A DNA stretch of 62,202 nt, filler included, from Choristocarpus tenellus KU-1152 (taxonomy: Eukaryota > Protista > Phaeophyceae): assembly GCA_964200185.2 (NCBI GenBank). It is 13 parts of 13 records of this genome, joined end to end, with 100 filler letters (N's around TTAATTAATTAA, not from the genome) between each part and the next. Parts side by side here need not be neighbours in the genome. Positions count along the whole stretch, not along the records: positions 21,622 to 26,882 come from CAXNAD020011327.1; positions 26,983 to 31,059 come from CAXNAD020016343.1; positions 31,160 to 38,255 come from CAXNAD020006707.1; 10 more parts are not named here. The stretch is one strand, 5' to 3'. Under the pieces are notes generated by a model that did not search any database, was not told the DNA's origin, and saw nothing but the letters and a program-made list of their open reading frames with translations. Position numbers and translations under genes: made by a program. Positions 22,300 to 34,300 of this stretch are shown piece after piece (position 1 is the stretch's first letter; the number at the start of each line of letters is the position of its first letter).

Positions 22300-23296
22300 G
22301 GAGTCGATCTTGCGTCCACAAGTGCCCCAGCATGGAAGACCGCACCTATGTGGAGATTCCTGTCTACTGTGAATGGGCTATCATTCCCCACGGTGCAAGG
22401 GATGCTCATTGCCTTGCAGAGCTGGCCTAGACGCTTCACCATCAGCATGTGCTGGGGTACATGTCCAATTGCCTTAGGGCAGTAGTGTGGTTGGGGTATT
22501 GGTGCCGGTGGTGACCAGGCCGATGGCAGTGACGGCAGGGGCGGGGTTGAGCACTGGAATGAAATTTGACCGTAGAGAGTGCCGTCCGGAAGGAATGAGT
22601 GTCTATAGCCAGGAGTTGATGGTGGTAACACCAAGCCCTTCGAAGTTCAGTCTTGGCCCAGTAGAGTAGAAGAAGCTATGTTATAGGCGAATAACATGGG
22701 CATTTCTTTCTGCATGCCAAAATGCACCAACAGTATACATACGTAAGAATTCATATAAGAGTGACTTTGAATTGATAGAAGATGCAAAGTAAGATTCGAA
22801 ATGCATACATAACCTTACAGAATAGACGTCAATACCTGAAAGTTGCAGAATAAAGATTTATGATTTGAGTAATTACACAGCAGCTTGCAGACGTCATTTA
22901 ACTCTTCGGCTGTAGAAAAACGGTGAATGATGTTAATAAAAGGCTGAGTTGCTCACCACACGACTCAGTTCTTTGATCCTTACCCTCTTTTGATAAAGCG
23001 AAAAGCGAGACATCGACTGAGCTAAGCATCAACTGACACCATATGTGATCATCATCTGTGGACCCCCGCGTAGCATCGTTTTAAGGTCGTTGGATTTGAG
23101 TTGCATATCCTGTGGAGGTGAGTTCTGGGGCACGCTGTGACAACTACTGGTCATAGTCCTTGTCAGGTTCCATCCCTGACAGTGCTAATCGGCGGTGAAT
23201 ATTGTGCATCACTTATTCAGTGGCCGCCTCATACTTAGCAGCCATGCCAAGCATAGGGGCCGTCGTTGATGTTGTCGCCTCACTGCTGTCGTCCAT
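22300..23296 (-). mobile_element. Decayed gag/ORF1-like retroelement fragment with a CCHC knuckle
   Basis: ATG at 23296 (MDDSSEATTST...), many stops, and a degenerate knuckle CRHCHRPGHHRHQY at 22537-22496. Confidence 0.5.
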
Positions 23297-23749
23297 GTAG
23301 AGAGTCTTAGACCGGTCTTGGGCAGGCGGAAAGGAGTAAGCCGAACATCTGGTGGCAGTGTTCCTCGATGGTAGGTGGGACGGTAGTTTTAGTGTGTGTT
23401 GAATGATGCTGAAATTGGGCTATTGTGAGTGTGGTGAAGGTGGGGGAAAACGGTGGTGAGTGGTACAGGGCCTGGCCGTACAAGGCCAGGTGTGCGTGGC
23501 ATTCAGGTGTTGAGGCTCATAACCTGTTGAAACCTGATATTGTATGAGTTGTGCATTGTTGTGGTGTGTCTAGTTCGTAATGAAAGGTATCATAGTGCAA
23601 CAAAGCACTGATTAATTTGTTCTGGTAGGTCTGATGACATGTTTTACTCAAGCAGACAATGATTGATGTGAAAGTGTATTGGTTGTGCTGTGACTAACAC
23701 GTTTAGACACAGGTGTGTGTCATAGTGCAACAAGGCACCTGCGGGTTCA

Positions 23750-26450
23750 GTCTCTGTTGCACCTCAGGCATGTTATATGTTGGGTGTCGACATTATGCCT
23801 TTTGCATGCGGCCATCAGATACCTATTGGATTGGGCCTCCTCCCTCCCTAGAGATCTGCTTGCAGTGAGTCTTAAGCTCTACGGGATGGATCTGGAGTAC
23901 TGATTCCAGGGACTGGTACAGGTGAATAGCGCAAATATTTCTTCTAACCAGTGCGGGCAGTGTACGCGCATGTGAAACCCTAAGCAGGGGAACTCCAATT
24001 TGCTAAAAGTTGTAGAGTAAGATCTGTAACTTGGGAATGTACGCAACAGTTTTCAGATGTATTTCAACGTCTATAAACCAGAACAAATACACGGTAGATG
24101 ATGATAAAGAGATCAACATGCCTCGCTCTTTCTGATACCAATTCTTATACACGTGCTTATTGACTCAGAAGAGTGCCTTTATCTGCTGACCTGATATTCA
24201 TCATTCTCATTGGACCTTTTGACTGTCGGAGTATCCCAAGGAGTCCTGTACAGATATCAGCGCCACCTATAGGACTGTGAAGTGGAGTTTGCTGCAACAG
24301 GATTGTGTGGAGGTCCGTGCATTTGCCTGTTGTGCACACTGTCTCTGATGGCAAGCCAGGGATAGCGAATGACTTTCCCTCCATTATTTCTTCATCTTCT
24401 AGGAGGTTTGGCCAATTTAGTCCAGAAAGAGTCGAACCGGATCCTGTTTAGGAGGCGGATGATCTCATGTTGTGCCCTCCTTGTGATCCTGGTGTCGTGG
24501 GCTCCTAAAGTGTGGACCTCCGGGACAGGGATAGGGGTTCTTTTTACTCCCAGGCTACCTAGCCTTGGCCAACAATTCCGACCAAGTCTTCCGGCGGGAC
24601 TCTTGATGAGAGGAGGGTATGGATAGATGATCCCAAGGCCCGGGCTGTGGGGCTCATTCAGATGACCTGCGTGAAAATCTCTCCATGGGGCCCTTGTTGC
24701 CTTGCTAGGGGGATGGGGAGAGTGGTCACCAGCGATCCTGTAAGAGCTGCAAGCTGGTGATGTTTCATGGAGGATATGCCCAAGTCCCCCAAACTTGTGG
24801 ACATCTATGCTTGTACTTGTTGGTGTATTCCAGGCGAAGAGAACTATGTTCACACACGCTACCGATGAAATCAGTGACTCCTGCTATGTCTGTTACTTCC
24901 ATAGTGTTCTGTACAGTCCACAGTGAGGTTTTGTTGACTTGTTCCATGGTGGTGTACCAGGTGGGGTGGGGTCACCTTTGCCAGAAAAACCAAGCGGGAA
25001 GAGAGGGACGAGGAGTTGAGGAGCCAGGTAACTTGCTTCTTGTCCATCTCACTCAGGTGCGTGACCAGCATTCATGAGCCTGAGTTCTCAGTCACCCCAG
25101 TCATGTTGACTTGGATGAAGTTGTCTGTTCCTACTGGAGACCCTAATTTGACAAAAGACCCACAGAAGTAGTGTGTGTGGGGGGGTCTACACCAGGGTGT
25201 CCATATGGGTCAAAACCAGGAAAAGTGCGCTTTCATTATCCATCCGATGTATGGAACCAAATCACACAAAAATCGCGACATGAAAAAATTGGCCCCAAAT
25301 GAAGAGCCGCCACCCCCCACGAGATACTTTGAACCAAAACCATTTGGGTATGGGGCCGAGTTGATTCCCGCTGTAGCCAGGAGTTCCAGTTCCAACGGCG
25401 TGGGCTAGTGGCCCTGAGGTGGTGCGGCAAAGGTCATATCCATGTTCAGGACTATGCCTACCTCTTGTAGGTTCGTCTTCAGCTGCTCAAAGGTAGCTAT
25501 AGCAGTGAGATGTTTCTCCCTTGTGTAAGTGGATGTGTCATCCAGGAAACTTTGGGAGGAAACCACCTGAGGTCCAAAGGTAGACTGGACCAGCTGTAGA
25601 GCTTATGTTGTTGCCATGCAGTATAGGAGGGGGCCAAGGGGATCCCCTTGTTGTGGTCATGACCTTGACGTCATTATCTTCATCCCTCCTTCATCCAGGG
25701 GGAAAAGAATATACAACTTTCTTTATAGGCTATATCGGATCATTTTTACCAAAAAATGTTTATTTTACCTTAATGTTTTTGTAGCTACTTTGACACAATC
25801 CAACGGTTAATAACAAATATTGATGCTAAAATTACATTTTTTTTAATTATTTTATATCGGGGGTGGTTGATATAGCTAACCCTAGATTGCTTTTGACTTA
25901 GGTATATGATATACATATTGCAGGCGCCCCCATATACCTTGGACATGTCGGGTGGAATCCTGGTAGGGTCTCGAGGGGAGCCTTGATGGAGACCAAGTGT
26001 TTTCCTCATCTAGGCTAATGACCCATTCGTCACACTTATTCCTTAGGTGAATGCCCAGTAGGCCACGCTCAACCCCATTTGGGAACCCTACACCAAACTA
26101 CCCCATCCCTCGGATATGTCCGATATGTTCCTCAAGGTAGGGGTGCCAGTCTGCACAGAAGGGTAAAGCGCATGCCCTTCTAAAGAAAGAGCCACAGGAG
26201 ACTGGGCGGCACTTCTCCCCAATTACAGACAGTCTAGAAGTAGTGTGGAGCTTCAAAATCTCGGGAGATGTAGGCAACTTCCCATAGTTTAGCAAACGCC
26301 TCCCCCGCTTCTTCATGGCCAACATTTGTCGTGTTGGCTGATCGGATGTGACTGGGTCACATCCTACCAGGACCTGGTGCGGAATTGCTTTTTGTTCTTA
26401 TGAAGACCGTAGGTGGGGGTATACTCCCCCTCGGGGGCCAGTACTGTTGT
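23750..26450 (-). mobile_element. Decayed CRE-like (restriction-like-endonuclease type) non-LTR retrotransposon
   Basis: Ordered RT motifs RPVSCGSFFRR, GVGFPNGVE, QQGDPLGPLLY (25653-25621), FLDD (25548-25537), then SRLVFLAKVTPP and KFGGLG, which are typical of CRE-clade elements. Interrupted by MITE A and an AT-rich insert at about 25697-25930. Confidence 0.8.
25157..25335 (-). mobile_element. MITE family A copy nested in the CRE-like element
   Basis: GACCC ... GAGATACTTTGAACC with an exact AAAA/AAAA TSD. Confidence 0.88.
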
Positions 26451-26982
26451 TCCTCAGTCCCCATATTCGTTGCTACCCTATTCATCTGGAGAAGATAATT
26501 GTATGTCACTGACCTGTTACCATATCATTCACCCATATATAAATAATTGGTAGGAAAATAGCGAATAGATGAATGTTTTTCACATTTATGACAACTATTA
26601 CTTTTTTAGGGTTTATTCTGACATGTGATTAGTTTTTATTGATTTTTCCCCTGACACATTTACAAAATGTCAGAGGGTATAATAATCAAAATATGGGTGA
26701 ATCGCAAGAGAAGTGAGAATCTTATGAGAGGGGGATCAGAAAAGTCAAGACGCGAGAAAAAAGATAATCTTTGATGTGTGTGTAATATCGCTGGTTCAAG
26801 AGATGTCCACTACTTCTGTTACAGGCGAATAGAGCGAGTATTTCTTCTTATATTTCAACGAAGTGCAAACGTTTGTTACACGNNNNNNNNNNNNNNNNNN
26901 NNNNNNNNNNNNNNNNNNNNNNNNNNTTAATTAATTAANNNNNNNNNNNNNNNNNNNNNNNNNNNNNNNNNNNNNNNNNNNN

Positions 26983-27047
26983 GGGAAGCCAAGCCCCACA
27001 AATGGACAAACAGGGAAAATTTCGTACACTCTAAGATAGTTCCACTC
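26983..27047 (-). mobile_element. MITE family B end at contig start
   Basis: GGGAAGCCAAGCCCC...AAATGGACAAACAGGG...CTCTAAGATAGTTCCACTC. Confidence 0.85.
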
Positions 27048-27063
27048 ATTTACATGTATTTTC

Positions 27064-27088
27064 TATATATATATATATATATATATAT
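27064..27088. repeat. (TA)n microsatellite
   Basis: About 12 TA units. Confidence 0.9.
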
Positions 27089-27354
27089 TTAGAATACTAT
27101 AATCGTTCATTTTTATACAAGTACATTTTTGGTTTGTGTTTCTCCCATGTGATCTGTGATCCATGTGTGAACGAATGTTTGACGTTCACATTTGTATACA
27201 ACAGTGGAAATGGTCCAGACGTGCGTGAAGAACATTTAATTGATGGGTGCCCACGGTCTGGATATGGAAGGAAGAGATTTTGCCTGGCGGGTAGGTGGAT
27301 ATGGATAGGTACAATATCCTGTGGATATGTTAAATTATTCTGGGACGGGTCCGA

Positions 27355-28700
27355 TCATGGACATGGACCGGTTCGATACCTAGTGGACATGGACTGGGAC
27401 ATGATAAATAATTGTGCAACTGGTCTGGCCGGTGGACGCGACCTTTTTAGTTTGCTGGGCCCGTAAAAAGTCCTGAGACTATTGTCACCTATATTCCTGA
27501 GCGTTGGTGCCACTACATCATCCCACTTTTGTGAGTCGATTTGGTGCTGTAACATGAAAGTCCTACCGAGAGAGGGGTATCTTCCTTTTGTTTCTCTTCT
27601 GAAAGTAGGAATCTGGTCTCCAAATGAGCCAAACCAATTGAGTGGTTGAGACATGGTTGCATATTAAAGGATATCCATAGAGGGCAAGAAGATATCATTT
27701 TTTTGTAATTGCAGAAAGAGCCTTTGCTGAGTTTTGGTACCACTTTGTGCTTGGGAAAGAGGAACAATCGACTTGGCGTCGATATACTGGTTGTGCACAC
27801 ACAAAGCAACGAACGAAATAGAGTATATTGTACAGTAAGAACAATATCTTTAAATGTAATGGGGTCCAGACCTGGCTATCTGTCAATTGGTGTGGCTCAA
27901 TGGAGGCATACTAAGGATCTGGTGTATTTCGTCAACGAGGTTGCGTGGTTTCATAGGTTTCGCCTGCTCAGGTTTAGTGGCTGCTAAGGTGTCAGGGGTC
28001 TTGTCTCTCCACTTCTTGTGGCGACCTCAGGTGTCATGGGTCTCTATTCATTAAAAATGAAAATTTAACAGCAGCAACAAGATGCACAAGAACACATCAC
28101 ATTTTACCGATCCCTATGAATGAACTGCATTTTGAATGTACTGAGTTATTGATACACCAGACTTACCACCAGAAGCCATAGATTTGTCTAACCAAGATTA
28201 CATGGACACAGAATTTATGACGAATGAAGTAACAAATTGAGGAGGCCTGCCTTCGCACAAACAGATACGGTAACGTTAAAAGATAGTAGCTGCAGAGTAT
28301 ATCCCAATCACCAAATTATTAGCAGGGGTGACCATGGCTCGGATGTCCATTTCCCAGGCAGTATGGATGGGTGTTTCGTAGTCAAACCTATCGAAGTAAT
28401 AATGGCCACGACGATCACATCGTTTGATTGTGTGTGCGTGTGTGTATGTAGGGCACGAGGGGGTCTGAGTGGGGGAAGGGGGTTGTGAGGGGGGTAAGGA
28501 GATTGATAGCAGCAGGTACTCTTTCACCAAACCGGTTGAGCTATTCCGGACTCCTATTGAGTCCTCTACAGGTACTTGTAGCATAGAAGATCTAAAGTAT
28601 ACTGTTGACCTCCAATACTACCGGGCACAGTGCGTATCCGCCGGCTTCTGCAACAGGCATGTGCGGGGTTCAACGTGGTTGAGGTTACACTTTCTTTTCA
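27355..28700 (-). pseudogene. Possible decayed multi-exon gene or transposon cargo, family unknown
   Basis: Coding-like blocks broken by single stops, e.g. YIDAKSIVPL...DIL*YATMSQPLNWFGSF... and GHYYFDRFDYETPIHTAWEMDIRAM...ATIF*RYRIC, separated by intron-like sequence. Confidence 0.3.
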
Positions 28701-29844
28701 GGGAGATTTGATTTCGATGGACCCCCCGACAATAAGCACAGCAGAACGGTACGCCTACCCATTCCCCCCTGTCTGCCGCTAAAACACGCCAAAAGAAGAA
28801 AATGCGAAAACCTAAATGGTGGCGACAAGGTTTCATGGCGGCCGGCGGGAGAGTACAGCGCACACAAGATTTGGGGGAGGAGGTAGAGCGGTAAATGATG
28901 GGGTGGCTGAAACCAAAGCATGGGGCAGCACAAAATGGGGCAGTGCAATTAGTCTCTGTGCAACAGAGATAGTTTGGTAGATGCTCAGTGAGCAGTAGTG
29001 CAAGATGTAGTGCCACTAACCAGAGGGTTGGCGCTAGGTAGCGGCATTCGTGTACATGTAGGCTGTGAGACGATCCCTCTCTTGCTTCATACCCTTATTG
29101 ACACCCCTCATTGTTTTCCTGTTTTTTCTCAAGAGAAATATCTGCCTTGCAAGGCAACAACTCAAAGAAACAGCCCTGTCTCGTCAACACTGGTATAGAC
29201 GCGATTCACGGTACTTGCTTTTCTGTCGCCTCTCGACAGATAAATTGCCTAGGGGAAATCTAGGGGAAATCGTGGCCTCGGCGGCTCGTTTTGTCTCACC
29301 GTCGTTATTCACGTTTCTGTGTTGGTCATGCGTGTATGTACTCTCAAATAGTCTGCAAATGACGCTTAAAAGGTGTCTGATTTTGTTTTTATTCTGGGTA
29401 TCGCCAGACGCGCAGTTTTAGGGCAGCGGTCTAACTCGTATCATTGATTTGCGGGGAGTTCAACCAACCACTTCATGTTTGCATCTTTTAAAGTAGTGAC
29501 CTTCAAAATTGCGCCGGAGATGTTCCCCCGCGTTTTTTCCATTATTTTATTGGTACATACCTCCTGTTCCCTGGAGCTTGTACATGTATGGATGCTACCC
29601 TTCAAAAGCCGTGGACACATGAGTTCATGTGGAAGTAATAGTGCCCTGTAGTGTATGCGGCAAGATACGAAAAAAAGGAAAATTGGGCCAAAGTATCTCA
29701 GAGGGGGGAGCGGGTGTCCATTTGGGGTCCATTTTACTATATCCCGATTTTGGGTAACTTGCTTATATGCGGGGGATTGAAGGAGTGTTTCGTAGTTAAG
29801 TGTGTGGATTACACTTAGTTATGGTGGTGGTAGGCTTAAGTCCA

Positions 29845-30102
29845 GAGTGAAAGTATTTTAGAGGGTCGAGCCGCGTCCATTTGAGGGCCAAAATCCAAGG
29901 TTGCAATTTTGATGTAATTTTGGCTATCATGTTTATTAGGAGATGTCAATATCCTTGCTCTGGACACGCCTTTTCATAATGTATACACTTTACCTAATTC
30001 GAAACATTTTGGAGTAGGTAAAATGTCATTAAGAACCCGTGGGAAGCCAAGCCCCAATAGACAAACTGGGAAAAACTCGTACCCTCTAGGATGCTTTCAC
30101 TC
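29845..30102 (-). mobile_element. MITE family B, complete copy
   Basis: GAGTGAAAGTATTTTAGAGGGT ... ACCCTCTAGGATGCTTTCACTC. Confidence 0.9.
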
Positions 30103-30866
30103 CCAGCAAAATAGACTGCCACTGCTTGAGGATTTTTGAATTTGGACCTGAATTAATGAAAGGAATGTTTGGGGACTGGTTTAGGTGTATGGTGAAGTGC
30201 CCATTTTCACGAGCTTTTGTTCATGAAGTATTGAAAAAAAATGTCATTCATTAGGGTTGACTAGTGGTTTGCGCTTCGTGAGGAGAACAAAATGTCTACA
30301 TCCATTCATTGTAAAAAGGCATCACTAACGGGGTTTGGAATTAGTCGGATTACTTCGAGTTAATAATCGAGTCGTTTTATTTGTTGGTGTACGGTGATGA
30401 ATATTGTTGTAATTCCTTAATTGAACTATTGAAGCGTAAGCGTACCCTAATTTGGTCTAAGGGTTAGGCCAAGTTTCGAATGTGTGTTAGGGTATACTGA
30501 TATAGTATGTGTAAACTATAGATTCCCAACCGGTGTTATCCTGTAATCACCAAAGCACCCCATAACAGTGAACGGAAAACATGAGAAGAATTCTGACGTT
30601 CAGCTTCACAGTGCGATGAGGACGATATGCTGTGTTAGACATTGATTGGTGTTTACGGTTATCGACCTCGCTTCGCCTCAGAAGAACTGTTTAGGGGGTG
30701 AAAAGGTGTTATCCCACGGGATACTACACTTGTCTTTGTCAGGAGGTGTGTGCTGTTGTAAAAGATGTGGCAAATACCTATATACAGATGAGAACCCAAT
30801 ATTGAACCAAAGCTGATTCAATATTTGGTAAGAGAAAGATGTTCGTTGATGGTGCTGCCTATACAC

Positions 30867-31042
30867 GGCTCAAAGTATCTGTGAGAGGGTGGCTGCTGTC
30901 CATTTGGGGTCATTTTTACATGTTGCGAGTTTTGGGTGGTTTGGTTGCATACGTCGGATGATTACTGTAAATGCACTTTCCTGATTTTGACCCAAATGGA
31001 CACCCTTATGTAGACCCCCCCCCCTCCCAGATACTTTGGGTC
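30867..31042 (+). mobile_element. MITE family A, complete copy
   Basis: GGCTCAAAGTATCTG ... CCCAGATACTTTGGGTC. Confidence 0.9.
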
Positions 31043-31159
31043 CACTATAGACACCACTTNNNNNNNNNNNNNNNNNNNNNNNNNNNNNNNNNNNNNNNNN
31101 NNNTTAATTAATTAANNNNNNNNNNNNNNNNNNNNNNNNNNNNNNNNNNNNNNNNNNNN

Positions 31160-31181
31160 CCCCCCCCCAGATACTTGAGCC
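31160..31181 (-). mobile_element. MITE family A terminus at contig start
   Basis: C-run followed by AGATACTTGAGCC. Confidence 0.75.
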
Positions 31182-31362
31182 TGGATGAATTCATTTTAGC
31201 GAAGGTGCTATGTTGCAAAATATCCAAGAGTCCGGAATATTTCTGAACAGAGTTAGTAATAATTGTTTTTATGAGCATTAAAATATTTGTCTCCTGCACC
31301 CCTGTCCACTCTTACCTCCCCCCTTTTCTCCTTGGTGCACTCGCTTCCCTTTGGTGATGTAG

Positions 31363-34300
31363 GTGGAGATGCACTGGGTATGTAGTGAGGACAATGAACA
31401 GAGGCGCTTTGTGCTCCCGCTGGATGATGCCTTTTCAAGGGTCTGTGAACTCCTTGACAAGTTGGCTGGCAAGTCTCAGACCACTCAGAACTCCAGGAGC
31501 TTGTTGAAGCCTTCATCGTCATCATCCTCCTCCTCTAATACTGCTGTTTCTGGTTCCGCCAAGACCAATACGAAGGCCGGTACCACCACTGCTTCTAATG
31601 TATCTGGTGGGACCAAGGTGAATAGTTTGTATAGAGGTACTGGCGCTGCTCGCTGCAAGACAGGCAATGCGAGATCACCTGGTGGAGAAGGGACTCTCAA
31701 GAGTCAAGAGGGTGTTGCTGGCGATGCGGAAGACCGTTTCCGGACCAGGTCCATCCTGCAGGAGTCCCTTGTGCGACACAAGCGATTGGCTTTGAGGGTA
31801 GTATTGTCGTGCATAGCGTCTGTTTCTGAGGGAGGCGTTGGTGGACCGGCGTTGACATCACTGGACATCGAAGAAGCTATGAAGAGGCAAAAGGACCAAG
31901 GAGGTGCAGGACTGCTGGGGCAGTCCCCGGACAGGTTCAAGGAGGCTATATTGCCAGAACCGATCCGTTTCAGGGAACAGTACGCCTACAAGGTGTGGAC
32001 AAGTCAAGTTGTTTTGTGTAGAAGAGGAAGGGGCTAGGATGTGCAACTGATGAATGACTAACCCTAACCCTATGATACATAGTCTCTGCTAGAATATTGT
32101 CAGTGGATGGGTGTACCTCTTTTTGTTTTGGGGGGATTATGCCTAGAGATTTTCTTTTTTGTTGTATTGTTTGTGCCCATGTAACCCTAACCCTAGCCCT
32201 AGCCCTACTTCACGGTGGTTTGGGTTGTTTACATCTTATCATGTACTTGTTTTGTTATACAAAGCGCAGTTCTGACTCAAGTCATCCTCTATTTCCACTC
32301 TTATCTCAATCCTTCTCATTCCTTCTCAATCCTTCTCAATCCTTCTCAATCCTTCTCTCATGTCCTCATCAGACACGTACCTTCACTAGAGCAGTCCGTA
32401 CCCTCATTGTGGCTGCCTCTGATGATGACCTGCACTTGGAGGCGCTTGCTGTTCTCCATGGCCTAATCCTTGATGCCATAAGAATAACCACCCCTGAGGC
32501 ACCTTCAGCTGGAGGCTACCCCCCTGGATTCTTGGACCTTGATTATCAAGGTACTGCAGCGGGAACTGCAGGTACAGGTAAATCAAGTACTTCAGGTACA
32601 GGAGTAGGGGCAGCAGGAACTAGTGGATCAGGTGCAGGAACCACTGGTGGAGGTGCGACAGCTGCAGGTGGTACTGGTACTGCACCAAATGCCAGTGGTG
32701 AAGCAAGTGGCTCAAAGGGGACTATGGGACCTGCGGCAGGTCCTGCTGGAGCTGCAGAGAGGGCGGCCATGCAGGACCCCAAGACTGACTTGCAGTTCTC
32801 GCCATTGGAACTGGTCCTTGACCACCTGAGGGGTCGCAAAGCGGTGAGGGGTCTGTTAAGTTTTCTTTTTCTTTCTATTTAAGAATAAAAAGTTGTATTT
32901 TCTTCTGTGATGGCCTGCACATGCTCATGAGCCTATTCTAGGCTCTGCAGCCTGAATTGTGAACATGACTGTTGCCTGAACACCATGACTGAACTAAAGG
33001 CTGAACTAAAGACTGACTGTGATGGAAAAGTGTGTTGTTGGTGGATGTCTCCAGTTGGATCATTTTTTTGAAGCAGCTAAGCAATGCTCAGAATTAATTT
33101 CTGTTTGTACTGTAGTAGTAGTGTTACGTGTGGTGTTGAGTTCGTAGGCCTTTACTGTTGTACTTAACTTTTGGAGTTTGGTTTATGATTCCAGGTAAGT
33201 CCCCAAGAGATCACAGAGGCCATTGTTGATGGACTGAGTGACGTGCGTTCTTCGGTGCAAAAGGTGTCCACAGGACTTGTCAGGTAAGACTATGCACAAG
33301 ACTTCTCTGATGCCATTGAGGAACCCAAAATGATAAAGGGATTGATGAAAACGTTTGTGATTTTTTCCTCTATGAGGCCTGCTTGTTGAATGGTTTACTG
33401 TTTTCAAGTTATTCAAGTTGCACGTCCTGTACAAGATGTCATTTGGATGCAGGAAAGTAGCCTCAGATTCTTGACTACTTAGAATTGTAGGTTTGGTTTG
33501 TTTATAGCTCTGATGAAAAATGACAACCAAATACAACTTGTTCCAGGTGTGTGTTTATGCCATCGCCAGGGGTATTGTTGTTTTAATGATATGGAAAAGT
33601 TAAACGAAATAGGTTTAAAGACCCAGGCCTATTGCACTTTTTGCTTAGTTGGTGTCCTCCTTCCCATGATGTTCATGCAGGGTTAGGGTATGAAGTGTGG
33701 AAGGTGTAGTGCTTATCGGTGCTTTCCTTGCAGAGGTTTTTATGTTTTTGGAGAATGTCTCTCACTGAGTAGGGCTCCTGGGTGCTAGGAGCACCTCTAA
33801 CTTGATTCTTGACCACGATAGGAAGTGGGGTTGGAATAAATGGGCTAATGTAGCACATACTGCGGACTGTCTCCATCTTAGGGGGATGGTGTACTTGGTT
33901 AAGAACCCCATGTTGCCCATCCCTTGCTGACTATCCCCCATGGAATAGGTCACATTATGAGATTTGTAGTATGTAGTCAGAATCATCCTGTTGAAAGTGC
34001 ACTTGTGTTTTTGAAATGTCTGAAATGATCAGGATGTGCATGTAGATGTAGGTCTCTGAAGAGTGCTGTGTACCTGTTCCACTGACTGACTGACTTGCAA
34101 CTGAAATTGTATTGCCCATCACATAGCCAGCCCATCAATGTTTTTCAGTGTGGATCTCTGGAAGGATAGTTTCATGTTGGAAGAAAATTGGCTGAGCATG
34201 GAAGGCGTAAAGGCAAATGACTTATTATTGATCCTCGCTGGAGATGAGGAAAAATAATGCTGTAGTTGGTCAGTGGTGGTAACATCATCACAACTCTGTT

